From an uncultured Bacilli bacterium (GTDB lineage Bacteria > Bacillota_I > Bacilli_A > RF39 > UBA660), in assembly GCA_944332555.1 (NCBI GenBank), contig CALVKF010000001.1:38452-102451 (forward strand): a stretch of DNA of 64,000 bases, read 5' to 3'. The position numbers were made by a program, and so were the translations under genes. Each line of letters begins with the position of its first letter. The stretch's first letter is position 1. The notes under the pieces were generated by a model. The model did no database searches. It was given only the letters and a program-made list of their open reading frames with translations, and was not told the DNA's origin. Of this stretch, positions 39,716 to 50,003 are shown piece after piece.

Positions 39716-40068
39716 CAGTTGCCCGAAAAAATCGGACAACTGAAAATGAAATTTATATAATAGGCAAAACAGATTTTTCAAAAAACAACTGTCCGAAAAA
39801 ATCGGACAATTGAAGCAAAGTCAACTGCACGAAAATATCGTGCGATTGAAAATGAAAGCTTAAAAATGGTAAATTTAGAGGAACTGAATTGTACACATTT
39901 TGTGTACAACTCAAAATAAAGTCTATAATGCTGTAAATTTAGATACTAAAGAAATTTCGAGACTTTTTTTAATCAATACCATTACTAAATCCGAACCTTT
40001 TAAATTGCGTAATAATTAAAAAAACAAAGTAGCTGAAAAAAACAACTGTACGATTTTATCGTACGGTT
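39716..40068. repeat. Array of five degenerate palindromic hairpin units (CAACTG-N4-loop-N4-CAATTG followed by AAAATGAAAG)
   Basis: The units lie at 39716..39742, 39786..39812, 39822..39848, 39887..39911 and 40043..40068. The stems differ between units but remain complementary. Confidence 0.75.
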
Positions 40069-40117
40069 AAAAATTAAATAAATATATATTTAGAAAAAAT
40101 AATATACTATATAAAAA

Positions 40118-40810
40118 TCATTTAAGTTCCTCTAGTCGTTCATCTACTTCTTCAAAAAATCTATAAACTGTTGTACAACTTTCTGATTTAGAAGGAGTAT
40201 CATTCATATGATTTAAATGAATTCTTTTGGCTCTTTTGATAGCTTCTTCTAAAGAACCATATGCACATAATTTATCATAAATATCTTTATCATTTTTATG
40301 ATATTTATATTTCAAACCAGAATCGGAAAAATATTGATTAATTTTTTCTTTATACATTGTTCTATCCATTTTATTATCGATATAATTAAAATGTAACAAA
40401 AACCAATATTCTATAGCTTGATTAGACCACAAGGGAATATAACCATTATCATAACACATTTTGATTGCCATATTGAAAGTTTCATCACGAAAACTATCTT
40501 TGTCAAATACTACAAATATTTTTCCATATGGAACAATGGCTTTTTGATATTCATCGATATCATTTTGAATATCTTCTACTGATCTTACTAATGAAATTGT
40601 ATTTTTTCCCATTCCCACAATTTTTACTTTTAATTTATTTTTTTCTTCAATATTTTTATTAATAGCATTTACAGCTCCTTTAAAATAATTTGGTTCTGTT
40701 TGAGCTCCTTCGCAAACAATTAGCCAATTACTAGGCCTTTGATGTAGTATATTTTCTCTTCTTTTCTCTCTCTCTTCTCTTCTTTTGTTGAATAAATTAT
40801 CTTTCCCCAT
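40118..40810 (-). CDS. RloB-like/OLD-family TOPRIM protein (AbiLii-like)
   Basis: The motif LIVCEGAQTEPNYF is the CEGxxTE signature of RloB/DUF4276. The ORF is 230 aa. Confidence 0.65.
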   Translation of the reverse strand: MGKDNLFNKRREEREKRRENILHQRPSNWLIVCEGAQTEPNYFKGAVNAINKNIEEKNKLKVKIVGMGKNTISLVRSVEDIQNDIDEYQKAIVPYGKIFVVFDKDSFRDETFNMAIKMCYDNGYIPLWSNQAIEYWFLLHFNYIDNKMDRTMYKEKINQYFSDSGLKYKYHKNDKDIYDKLCAYGSLEEAIKRAKRIHLNHMNDTPSKSESCTTVYRFFEEVDERLEELK

Positions 40811-40818
40811 AATGCCCC

Positions 40819-42045
40819 CTAGTTGTTATCGTATGGAATTGCTCCAAATTGTCCTGTTAAATATTTTTGTTCATAGTTTGCATCAAATCTTAATCCTCTA
40901 AATTCTGATAAAGAATATAAAGATGATTTACCAGATAAATCTTTAGCCACTAAATACAATTCATCTCTTCTTAAATCATTACTGTTAAACAAGAATGTAG
41001 AATGAGCAGTATAGATTAATTGAGCATTATTTTTATTAATATTTCTATCTTTATACATATTAACTATTTGTTTAAATAGTAAAGGATGTAATTTAACATC
41101 TAATTCATCAATGCATAATAAACCACCAAGTTCTAAATTTTTTAATATTATTGGCATAATATTAAAAATTTTAATAGTTCCATCAGATTCATTTTGCAAA
41201 GGTATTAATATTTCCGAATCATTATCAATACTTTTATGAATACCACTAATTTTATAATATTCTCTAACATCTTTTATCTTTTTAATATCAATACCTTGCA
41301 AACAAGGATCAAAATCATTAATTATTTTTTGGAATTTTTTAAACAATACACTATCTTGAGATAATATATTAATACTTACTTCATCATTTAAAACGCTTTC
41401 AATTTTAAAACTAAATTTTGAAACATAATCATAAATATCTCTTAAAATTCCTTTTTCTTCTTTAATAGCAATATTACTTAATACTAATAGCTTATTAGTA
41501 TTAACATCCGTATTATTACCAAAAAAATTCCAAATTTTTTTATATTTTTCAAAAGATTTACCAAACACTACTTTATTTTTAATTCTTTCAAAAACTATTT
41601 TTTGAGAAGCTTTAGAAGATGCCATAAATTTTTTCTTATACAACCATTCTTCAGCAAATCCGTCTTTATTAACCGCAAAACCATAACGATATTCATAATC
41701 TTTTAAACAAATAGAAATTTCAAATTCGCTATTTTGACTACGAGCTTTAGTACTAAAAGCAAATGGATTAGTTGGAAGCTCTTTATTAATATCAACTCTA
41801 CTAGAAGTTTTAATAAGATTAAACATAAAACCAAGTGCTTCTAAAATACTGCTTTTACCAGAAGCATTAGCACCATTAATTTCTATTACTGGTAAAATCT
41901 TATTTCCATTAATATCTATGGTAGTATTAATATGCCTTTTTTCACCAGTTGCTGTTAAATCTAAAATAGTTTCATTATAAAAACATTTATAATTCTTAAA
42001 TTTAAATTGTAATAACATACTACAACACCTCTTATCACTCATTTT
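40819..42045 (-). CDS. OLD/AbiLi-like ABC-type AAA ATPase
   Basis: Walker A is INGANASGKSSILEAL, Walker B is LLCIDELDVKLHP and the H-loop is YTAHSTF. The start is probably ATG 42045 or 42018, since both have an RBS. Confidence 0.65.
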   Translation of the reverse strand, partial: KMSDKRCCSMLLQFKFKNYKCFYNETILDLTATGEKRHINTTIDINGNKILPVIEINGANASGKSSILEALGFMFNLIKTSSRVDINKELPTNPFAFSTKARSQNSEFEISICLKDYEYRYGFAVNKDGFAEEWLYKKKFMASSKASQKIVFERIKNKVVFGKSFEKYKKIWNFFGNNTDVNTNKLLVLSNIAIKEEKGILRDIYDYVSKFSFKIESVLNDEVSINILSQDSVLFKKFQKIINDFDPCLQGIDIKKIKDVREYYKISGIHKSIDNDSEILIPLQNESDGTIKIFNIMPIILKNLELGGLLCIDELDVKLHPLLFKQIVNMYKDRNINKNNAQLIYTAHSTFLFNSNDLRRDELYLVAKDLSGKSSLYSLSEFRGLRFDANYEQKYLTGQFGAIPYDNN

Positions 42046-42070
42046 ATCATCCTTTTTGATTATTTTCAAC

Positions 42071-42108
42071 AACTTTGAGAGAAAATTTCTCTCAAAGTTG
42101 TTGTTTTT
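42071..42108. promoter_or_regulatory. Perfect 16-bp-arm palindrome immediately upstream of the AbiLi-like start
   Basis: The sequence is caacaactttgagaga-aaat-ttctctcaaagttgttg, followed by tttttt on the plus strand. Confidence 0.5.
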
Positions 42109-42188
42109 TAATATAATATGCAAATTTTTATTACATATTCTTGTAAAATAAAAATAAATATGATAAATTTAATTTAGGGTGATAATTA

Positions 42189-42569
42189 ATGAGTAATGAA
42201 GAAACGATTCTTTTTGTTATATTTTTTTCTATAGCTTTTATTTTAATATATAAATATATTAGATTATATTTAAAAAAGAAACATATGATTAAAATAAATG
42301 CCACAGTAACCAATATAATAAAGAAAACTACCTATCAAAAAAACATGTATGTTTATTTTTATAAATATAAATTTAAAGGTGAAGAATATAGTACAAGTGA
42401 TAATACCAGACATAAAATATTAGGCTTTAATCCTAAAATTAATGATACATATGAAATATTTATTAATACTAAAAAACCTAGTGAATGTATTACTCCACTA
42501 GATTTATTCTTAAGTAAAATATCTTTAATATTAAGTATAGTTTTAATAATAGTACCTTTTATTTTATAG
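42189..42569 (+). CDS. DUF3592-like small membrane protein
   Basis: The ORF is 126 aa, with an N-terminal transmembrane helix, a beta-rich middle and a C-terminal transmembrane helix. Confidence 0.45.
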   Translation: MSNEETILFVIFFSIAFILIYKYIRLYLKKKHMIKINATVTNIIKKTTYQKNMYVYFYKYKFKGEEYSTSDNTRHKILGFNPKINDTYEIFINTKKPSECITPLDLFLSKISLILSIVLIIVPFIL

Positions 42570-42582
42570 GTGCCTTTTATTT

Positions 42583-42616
42583 ATGGCAAATTCGGAATCG
42601 ATTCCGAATTTGCCAT
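42583..42616. terminator. Bidirectional terminator
   Basis: The hairpin atggcaaattcggaatcgattccgaatttgccat is a perfect palindrome with a 15-bp stem. Confidence 0.6.
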
Positions 42617-42661
42617 ACTTTTCTTTTTAGTCCCATAAATACTGGGATTGTAACGTGGCCA

Positions 42662-43699
42662 TTAATTCTTGAACTTGGTAATATTAATTAATCTATCAAG
42701 TAACTCGCTATAACTAATCCCACCATATTCAATTAATTTTGGATACATACTAATATCAGTAAAGCCTGGTAGGGTATTAATTTCATTTAAATATATTTTA
42801 TTGGTATTATTCTCTAAGAAAAAATCAATTCGAGAAATAGCGGTGATATCTACTACCCTAGCTGCTTTTAGAGCAATACTTTGAATCTTTTTCATAGTAT
42901 CATCATCAATATCTGCAGGTATTAAAGTTTTGGAATCACTATTATTATATTTGGCATCATATGAATAAAACACATCAGAAGCAAGAATTTCTCCAACTAC
43001 TGAAGCACTACTACCAAGTAGGGCACATTCAAGCTCCCTTCCCTCAATATTTTTCTCAATTAATATTTTATCATCCAAGTCTTTGGTCATATACAAGGCA
43101 TCAATTAATTCATTTAAACAACTTACTTTACATACTCCCACAGATGAACCTAGTCTTGCAGGTTTAATAAAAACTGGATAATTCAATTTATTTTTAATCA
43201 TTTTATCTATTTCTAAAACACTAGTTTCGTGATAATCAAAATTATCATCAACAAAATAAAATTTATTATTATCCCATTTGATATATAAATCTGGTGTAAC
43301 ACTAATACCGGCATGTTTTAAAACATATTTAGTATATACTTTATCTATACATATGCTACTAGTAAGTACTCCACAGCCAACATATGGAATATTGAGTACT
43401 TCAAGTAACCCTTGAATAGTGCCATCTTCACCATTTTTGCCGTGAATTACTGGTATCACGCAATTCATACTTTTTAAGAATTTAAAAACATTCTTAACCT
43501 TCCTAATTCTTTTAGGTAACCATCCAAAAGAATTTTTAGGCATATCTTCTAGCACATGATACCAGTCTCCTGATTTAGCAATATATACTGGATATATTTT
43601 ATATTTATCCTTATCTAAATGATTAATAACACTACAAGCACTTGCTACACTTACCTCGTGCTCACTAGATGTACCACCAAATAAAACCCCTAATTTCAT
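42662..43699 (-). CDS. ddl: D-alanine--D-alanine ligase
   Basis: The ORF is 345 aa. The N-terminus MKLGVLFGGTSSEHEVSVASA and the ATP-grasp fold are typical of Ddl. Confidence 0.9.
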   Translation of the reverse strand: MKLGVLFGGTSSEHEVSVASACSVINHLDKDKYKIYPVYIAKSGDWYHVLEDMPKNSFGWLPKRIRKVKNVFKFLKSMNCVIPVIHGKNGEDGTIQGLLEVLNIPYVGCGVLTSSICIDKVYTKYVLKHAGISVTPDLYIKWDNNKFYFVDDNFDYHETSVLEIDKMIKNKLNYPVFIKPARLGSSVGVCKVSCLNELIDALYMTKDLDDKILIEKNIEGRELECALLGSSASVVGEILASDVFYSYDAKYNNSDSKTLIPADIDDDTMKKIQSIALKAARVVDITAISRIDFFLENNTNKIYLNEINTLPGFTDISMYPKLIEYGGISYSELLDRLINITKFKN

Positions 43700-43707
43700 A
43701 ACTCCCC

Positions 43708-45084
43708 TTATCTTAATGCATCTACTATTTCCTTAAATTTCATTGAGTTACTAGCTTTAATAAGTATGTAGTCTCCAGGTTTTATAATACCTTTTAAAAA
43801 CTTGATAGCATCACTATTATTATCAAAATGTACTGTTTCTATTTTACCTTTAGCTTCTTCATAAATGTAGCTCGCCTCTATCCCTACTGTAACTAATATA
43901 TCTATTCCTTCATCTATTACTAATGCACCAATTTTACGATGTAATTCTTCAGTATAATCTCCTAGTTCAAACATCGAACCCAAAACAGCAATTCTTCTCC
44001 CATTTAGGGATGCCAAATACTTAATAGCATAACTCATTGAATCATAGTTAGCATTATAAGAATCATCTATAATTGTTATATTTGATTCTCTACTTATTAT
44101 ATTCATTCTATTGCTACTAAGTTCAAATGCCTTAATTCCTTCATATATTTGGTTATAATCTTCATGATACAAATTACCTACAGCAATACCCATTAAGGCA
44201 TTATAAATAAAATGTTCTCCAGATACTGGTACCATATATTCATTACTTAAAACTTTAAAAATACTAGTATTATTAATAGTAGAAATATCAGTTGCCAAAT
44301 AATCTGAAGGATTATTAATACCAATAGTTATAATATTAAACTCATCTTTATTTTTTAAATACCAATCATGTAATAATTCATTATCATTATTAATTATCAC
44401 ATAACCATTTTTATCTAATCCTTCAAGTATTTCTAGTTTAGCTTTTAATATATTTTCCCGACTTCCCAAATTACCAATATGAGCAGTACCAATGTTAGTG
44501 ATGATTGCTACATTTGGTTTAGCAATATTAGTAAGATAACTTATTTCTCCGAAATGATTCATTCCCATTTCTAAAACTAATATTTCACTACCAGCATCCA
44601 TACTTAAAATTGTTAAAGGCAGACCTATATGATTATTTTTATTGCCACAAGTTTTATAAGCTTTATATTTTTCTTTTAAAACACTATAAACAATATCTTT
44701 AGTTGAAGTTTTACCAGCACTACCAGTTATAGCAATTACATCACTTTTAATAGTACTTCTTTTGTATTTAGCTAGCTCTCCTAGAGCTTTTATAGTATCT
44801 TTAACAACAATAATTGATTTGTTATTTTCTTCTAAATATTTTAAATCATTTATATTTTCTTCATAATTATCTAATATTACTAGTTTAGCTCCTTTAGTAA
44901 AAGCATCCATGTAAAATAAATTTCCATCATTATTTTCCCCTAAAATGGCAATATAACAACTATTATTATTTACTTTTCTGGTATCTGTAGTAAAATTAGT
45001 AATTTCCCCATCTACTTTATTTATTATTTTCCCTATTTCAATATTTTCATAAATATTTTTTATATTCAACTCACACACCACCAT
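43708..45084 (-). CDS. murF: UDP-N-acetylmuramoyl-tripeptide--D-alanyl-D-alanine ligase
   Basis: The ORF is 458 aa. The Mur-ligase P-loop is ITGSAGKTSTK. The gene is adjacent to ddl. Confidence 0.85.
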   Translation of the reverse strand: MVVCELNIKNIYENIEIGKIINKVDGEITNFTTDTRKVNNNSCYIAILGENNDGNLFYMDAFTKGAKLVILDNYEENINDLKYLEENNKSIIVVKDTIKALGELAKYKRSTIKSDVIAITGSAGKTSTKDIVYSVLKEKYKAYKTCGNKNNHIGLPLTILSMDAGSEILVLEMGMNHFGEISYLTNIAKPNVAIITNIGTAHIGNLGSRENILKAKLEILEGLDKNGYVIINNDNELLHDWYLKNKDEFNIITIGINNPSDYLATDISTINNTSIFKVLSNEYMVPVSGEHFIYNALMGIAVGNLYHEDYNQIYEGIKAFELSSNRMNIISRESNITIIDDSYNANYDSMSYAIKYLASLNGRRIAVLGSMFELGDYTEELHRKIGALVIDEGIDILVTVGIEASYIYEEAKGKIETVHFDNNSDAIKFLKGIIKPGDYILIKASNSMKFKEIVDALR

Positions 45085-45100
45085 TCATAGACATTATACT

Positions 45101-47350
45101 CTATTTAAACAATTTTGTATATGCCTCATCAAGATTACTTACTAAAATAATTTGCATATTTTCTTTTATAATATCTGGTAAATATACTAAATCCATTGCA
45201 TTATCTGCTGGTATATAAACGGTTTTTATTCCATAGTTATATGCCCCAATTAATTTTTCTTTTAATCCCCCGATTTTTAATATATTACCTGTTAGAGATA
45301 CTTCGCCAGTAAAAGCTATATCACTAGGTACTTTTTTCTTTTCTAAAGCAGAAATTAAAGCAACAAGACTAGCAAATCCTGCCGAAGGACCATCTTTTTT
45401 AGCATCAGCACTTAAATAATGAAAATGAATATCCATTTTGCTCAAATTATATTTATATTTACTTTTGACAACAGTTGCTATAACCTCAATACTTTCCTTC
45501 ATTACATTACCTAAATTACCTGTTGTAATAATTTTACCATTACCACTAGATAATACTACTTCTACATTTGTTACTTCTCCCCCAATAGCTGTATAAGCTA
45601 AAGCTTTAGTAACACCAACACTATCCTCATCTAAAGTATTATTACTATATTTAGGATTGCCTAATAATTTAATTATTTTATCTTTATTAATTGTTTTAAT
45701 ATTATTAATAGCCATTTTACGAACTAAAGAAGTTAGTATTCTAGTAAGTTCCCGAACCCCTGCTTCACTAGTATAATTATTTATTAAAAACAAAATTACA
45801 TCATCACTAAAGCGTTCTTTTTCAACTAATTTATGTTCTTCACATATTTTAGGAAGAATATATTTTCTAGCAATATCTTTCTTTTCAAATAAGGTATAAC
45901 TATTTAAATTAATTACTTCTACTCTATCAAGTAGTGCATATGGAATATCCTCCATTACATTAGCTGTTAGAATAAATAAAACATTAGATAAATCAAAAGG
46001 TTCTTCTAAATAATTATCAACAAAACTTTTATTTTGCACGGGATCTAGTATTTCTAATAATACACTAGCTGGATCTCCTTTATAATCTTTAACCATTTTA
46101 TCTACTTCATCAATTAATATTACCGGATTATTACTTCCTACTTTATTAATTCCTGCAATTATTTTACCAGGAGAAGATGCCAGGTAAGTTTTTCTGGAGC
46201 CAATTAATTCTGTAGCATCATTTAATCCACCAACACTTATTTTGTAAAACTTCCGATTTAAAGCCCCCGCAATAGATGCGGCAATACTGGTTTTACCTAC
46301 CCCTGGAGGTCCCACTAAACAAATTATTGGAGACCCTATATCTTTATTAATATTTTTAATTGCCACATATTCGGTAATTCTTGTTTTTATTTCTTCTAGT
46401 CCATAATGGGTTTTATCTAATTCTTCCCTTACTTTATTAAAATTAGCATTTTCCTTCGTCGACTTATTCCAGGGTAGATTAAGTAAATAATCTAAATAAT
46501 TACGAATAACACTAAATTCTGGAGAAGATTCATTCATAAATTCTAACTTTTTAATTTCATGTTCAATTTTTTCTTTAGTTTTACTAGGAAGACGTAATTT
46601 ATTAAGTAAATTTTGAAAACGATTAATTTCACTATTAGTTACACTTTCTTCTCCTAATTCGGCATTTATCATCTTTATTTTTTCTTTTAAAATAAATTTC
46701 TTTTGATCTTCATTTAAGGCATCATTAACTTTATTATCTAATTCAATATCAAGTTCTTGAATCTTTATTTCTTCTGACATATCTACTATTAAATTTTTAG
46801 CTCTTTTAATAGGATTTATCTCTTGCATATATCTTAATTTTTTAGAAATATCAAATGGTAGAAATGAAGCAATAATATCCGTTGCTTTATTTAAATCTTT
46901 ATTAGTAAGTATATTTAAAATATCATTAGAAGAATGGGTACTAGTAATATAATCTTTTAATACACTATTTAATTTTCTAATTAAAGCATTTTCATCTTCT
47001 TTGATGATCATTGGCAAATCAATATACATTATCTCACTATATAAAATATTTTCATCATCACTAAAAAACTTATTAACAGCTACTCTTCTTTGACCTCGAA
47101 GAGTTACTTGCATCCCATTAGTGGTAGCAATTCTACTTTTAATTTTGGCAATAACACCAACTTTAGGTAAATCATCAATCCCAGGTTCTTCTTCAAAAGA
47201 ATCAATCGGAGCAATAACTAAAATTTCGTTATTATATTTATTAGTTGCTTCAGCTACAGTTTTTTGACTAATTTTATTACTTAATTCTAATTTTATTTCC
47301 TGATTAGGAAGGATAATTAAATTTTTTAATATTATTACTGGTATATTCAT
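45101..47350 (-). CDS. lon: ATP-dependent Lon protease
   Basis: The start is reassigned to ATG 47350 behind GGGAGG. The AAA+ P-loop is GPPGVGKTS. The protease motif is DGPSAGFASL. Confidence 0.9.
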   Translation of the reverse strand: MNIPVIILKNLIILPNQEIKLELSNKISQKTVAEATNKYNNEILVIAPIDSFEEEPGIDDLPKVGVIAKIKSRIATTNGMQVTLRGQRRVAVNKFFSDDENILYSEIMYIDLPMIIKEDENALIRKLNSVLKDYITSTHSSNDILNILTNKDLNKATDIIASFLPFDISKKLRYMQEINPIKRAKNLIVDMSEEIKIQELDIELDNKVNDALNEDQKKFILKEKIKMINAELGEESVTNSEINRFQNLLNKLRLPSKTKEKIEHEIKKLEFMNESSPEFSVIRNYLDYLLNLPWNKSTKENANFNKVREELDKTHYGLEEIKTRITEYVAIKNINKDIGSPIICLVGPPGVGKTSIAASIAGALNRKFYKISVGGLNDATELIGSRKTYLASSPGKIIAGINKVGSNNPVILIDEVDKMVKDYKGDPASVLLEILDPVQNKSFVDNYLEEPFDLSNVLFILTANVMEDIPYALLDRVEVINLNSYTLFEKKDIARKYILPKICEEHKLVEKERFSDDVILFLINNYTSEAGVRELTRILTSLVRKMAINNIKTINKDKIIKLLGNPKYSNNTLDEDSVGVTKALAYTAIGGEVTNVEVVLSSGNGKIITTGNLGNVMKESIEVIATVVKSKYKYNLSKMDIHFHYLSADAKKDGPSAGFASLVALISALEKKKVPSDIAFTGEVSLTGNILKIGGLKEKLIGAYNYGIKTVYIPADNAMDLVYLPDIIKENMQIILVSNLDEAYTKLFK

Positions 47351-47458
47351 AAAACCTCCCAAACTAAAAGTTATTATATCTATTTTCACCATTTTTGTAA
47401 AGTAAAATCACCAATAAATTTTAAGAACATACCATATTAGTGTAAAAGGAGGATTATT

Positions 47459-47887
47459 GTGTTTAATATATTTACAAATTTATCGTATCCTATGCAAGCC
47501 TTTATTGCTTGTCTATTTACTTGGTTGATTACATCTCTTGGTTCCTCTGTTGTTTTTTTATTTAAAAAAGTTAATAAAACCGTTTTAGATGCAATGCTTG
47601 GTTTTGCTGCGGGAGTAATGATTGCTGCAACATTTTTTTCACTTCTTTCACCTGCAATTGCTATGGCAAATAATTTAGGGATGACTTCTTGGATTGTTGT
47701 ATCATTAGGCTTCTTTGGAGGAGGTTTACTTTTATTTCTTGGTGATATAATTTTTGATTATATTGTTAAAAAGAGAAAAGCTACTCCAAGTAATGCTAAA
47801 AGAATTGTAATGTTAATCTCTTCAATAACTTTACATAACATACCAGAAGGTTTAGATTTATGGGTAGCAATTTGCATTAAAACGTGA
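47459..47887 (+). pseudogene. zupT: ZIP-family zinc transporter ZupT, N-terminal half, disrupted by insertion
   Basis: The GTG start lies behind AAAGGAGG. The ORF ends after LHNIPEGL with 10 junction-derived codons. The C-terminal half resumes at 51195. Confidence 0.7.
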
Positions 47888-47894
47888 TAAAATT

Positions 47895-49649
47895 ATGATA
47901 GGGTGTGATATTATGATAACGAGTAAAGATCTAAAAAATATTGTTAATACTGAATTAAATAAAATATCTACGGTTTCTAGTAGCACAAATCGTGGGGAAT
48001 TTATTTTAGCTAATGATAAAACTAATATTTTAAAAAGTGATATTGAAAAATATAATGCCCTACTACGTATGCAAGAATTACTTGATAATAATTTTTCTAA
48101 TCTTCAAAGTCAATTTGAATTTTTAGATTTAAGCAAACTTACCGGAATTAATTTAAGTGAAGAAGATTATCAACAATTATTAAACCCTAATTATTTAAAA
48201 ATAAAAGATAAAGATAAAATTATAGGTTTAATAAATAAAATATTAAAAGAATCAAATACTAATCGGGGTGAATTTGTTTTAGCTAATGATTCTAGAAGCA
48301 TTTTAAAAAGTGAGGTTCAAAAATATAATGCCCTACTACGTATGCAAGAATTAATAGATAATAATTTTAGTAATTTAGAATATAAATTTGAATATGAAGA
48401 TTTAAGAGATTTTGTTGATCTTGACAATGAAAAACAAGAAATATTAAATCCCCAAGTAGTTTTTGATAATGAATATAAATTAGTTAGTGATCGCATTAAA
48501 AAATTACAAAATACTACTGGTATTAATTTTGAAAAGAATATTGAATATCAAAATTTATTAAAAATGCAAAATTATTTAAATAATAATTTTAAAGATATGC
48601 CTCATACTTATGATTATTTAAATTTAAGAAAAAAGACTAATTTAGATCGAATGGAAGATAATAAATATTTTATGTTAATTTCATCTAAATTACCTAAAAA
48701 AGAAAGTACACAACCAGTTGCAAATACTTCCATAGAAGCTTTAGAACCTATAGAAGTAAAAGAAGAAAAGGAAATAAAACCAGTCATTAAAAACGAAGAA
48801 GTAGAACAAGCAAAACAAGTAAATGAAGTAGCAGAAGAAATAGATACTTTTACTACTAATGTAGATAATGATACATTAAATTCTGAAGAAGTTTTAGATG
48901 TAATTCCCCCACAAGAGGTAGCAGAAGATACTAAAGTGGATGCACTAGTTCAAAATATAGAACCCTATAATTTTTATGGTCAAAAAATAAAAGTGGTTAA
49001 AAAAAGACCATTAACTTGGCTAAATGAACATCGCAAGCAAATACTAATAGCTTTAGCAATTACCGCTTTAGTTATTGCAGTTATTACAACATTCTCTTAT
49101 TTAATACCAGCTTTAACTTCGGCTGCTGAAATTGCAGAAGTATCTACCCTTAGCACTTCAATGGTTAATAATGCGGCCCTATGGCATACTGCTGATGCGG
49201 CGGTTCAAACTACTCTTCATGCCCAAAATGTTGCCCTAGCTCAAAGCTTGCAAAATATTGCAGGAATTAAAACCACTTATGAGACAGCTACTGGAATATG
49301 GACTATCGGAGGCATGGAATTATCCCAATTTGCAACAGCTGCTACTATGAGTGCTCAAAATGCTATAGCAGCAACCACTACTACTGCTAATACCCTTTTA
49401 GGCATCTCTACTGCTGGATCACTTATAGGAGTCCTTGGAGCAATAGTTCCTAATAAAAAGTCAGATGAATATCTAAAATATAAAGAAAAAATACAAGAAT
49501 GGGGAGCATTAGATACATCCGCCCAACAACAAATATTAAAAGATATTCATAATTCTAATTTAAGTGATAATGAAAAAAATAGACTTCTAAAAAAAATAGA
49601 TAAATTACAAAATAAAATAGAAAATTATGATAAAAATATAGGGAGATAG
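47895..49649 (+). CDS. Element cargo: hypothetical repeat-containing membrane protein
   Basis: The protein is 584 aa. A ~100-aa unit (NRGEFxLAND..ILKSxxxKYNALLRMQELxDNNFSNL) is repeated twice. A central hydrophobic segment is ILIALAITALVIAVITTF. The C-terminus is coiled-coil-like. Confidence 0.5.
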   Translation: MIGCDIMITSKDLKNIVNTELNKISTVSSSTNRGEFILANDKTNILKSDIEKYNALLRMQELLDNNFSNLQSQFEFLDLSKLTGINLSEEDYQQLLNPNYLKIKDKDKIIGLINKILKESNTNRGEFVLANDSRSILKSEVQKYNALLRMQELIDNNFSNLEYKFEYEDLRDFVDLDNEKQEILNPQVVFDNEYKLVSDRIKKLQNTTGINFEKNIEYQNLLKMQNYLNNNFKDMPHTYDYLNLRKKTNLDRMEDNKYFMLISSKLPKKESTQPVANTSIEALEPIEVKEEKEIKPVIKNEEVEQAKQVNEVAEEIDTFTTNVDNDTLNSEEVLDVIPPQEVAEDTKVDALVQNIEPYNFYGQKIKVVKKRPLTWLNEHRKQILIALAITALVIAVITTFSYLIPALTSAAEIAEVSTLSTSMVNNAALWHTADAAVQTTLHAQNVALAQSLQNIAGIKTTYETATGIWTIGGMELSQFATAATMSAQNAIAATTTTANTLLGISTAGSLIGVLGAIVPNKKSDEYLKYKEKIQEWGALDTSAQQQILKDIHNSNLSDNEKNRLLKKIDKLQNKIENYDKNIGR

Positions 49650-49651
49650 AT

Positions 49652-49903
49652 ATGAATATAAATGATTGTATAGAACTTGAAAATGGTAAAAATTATTTAT
49701 TATTACTTGAAAGTATGTTAGATAAAAATAAATACTTCCTAGCAGTAGGAATTACTAATGATCTACCCAATGGTGAATATATAGTATTACAAGAAGTAAT
49801 AGATGATAATGATACTTTTGTAATACCTATAAATGATCCTATTATTCTTGGTAATTTAATTAAAGAATTTCAAGAAGATTATAATGAAGAATATAACGAT
49901 TAA
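49652..49903 (+). CDS. Element cargo: DUF1292-like acidic small protein
   Basis: The ORF is 83 aa. Its pattern resembles the chromosomal YrzB/DUF1292 gene at 27424. Confidence 0.45.
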   Translation: MNINDCIELENGKNYLLLLESMLDKNKYFLAVGITNDLPNGEYIVLQEVIDDNDTFVIPINDPIILGNLIKEFQEDYNEEYND

Positions 49904-50003
49904 GATATTTCATATATCTTTTTTTTATACATATTATTAAATATGAAAAAATTTAAATATTATTTAATATATTCAAATAAAAAAATAAAGGAATTAATTA
50001 AAA

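Noticed and set aside
39716-40068. Possible CRISPR array
   Set aside because: The repeats are not identical, their spacing is irregular (36-156 bp), there are no unique spacers of constant length, and no cas genes are present. The units are hairpins with covarying stems.
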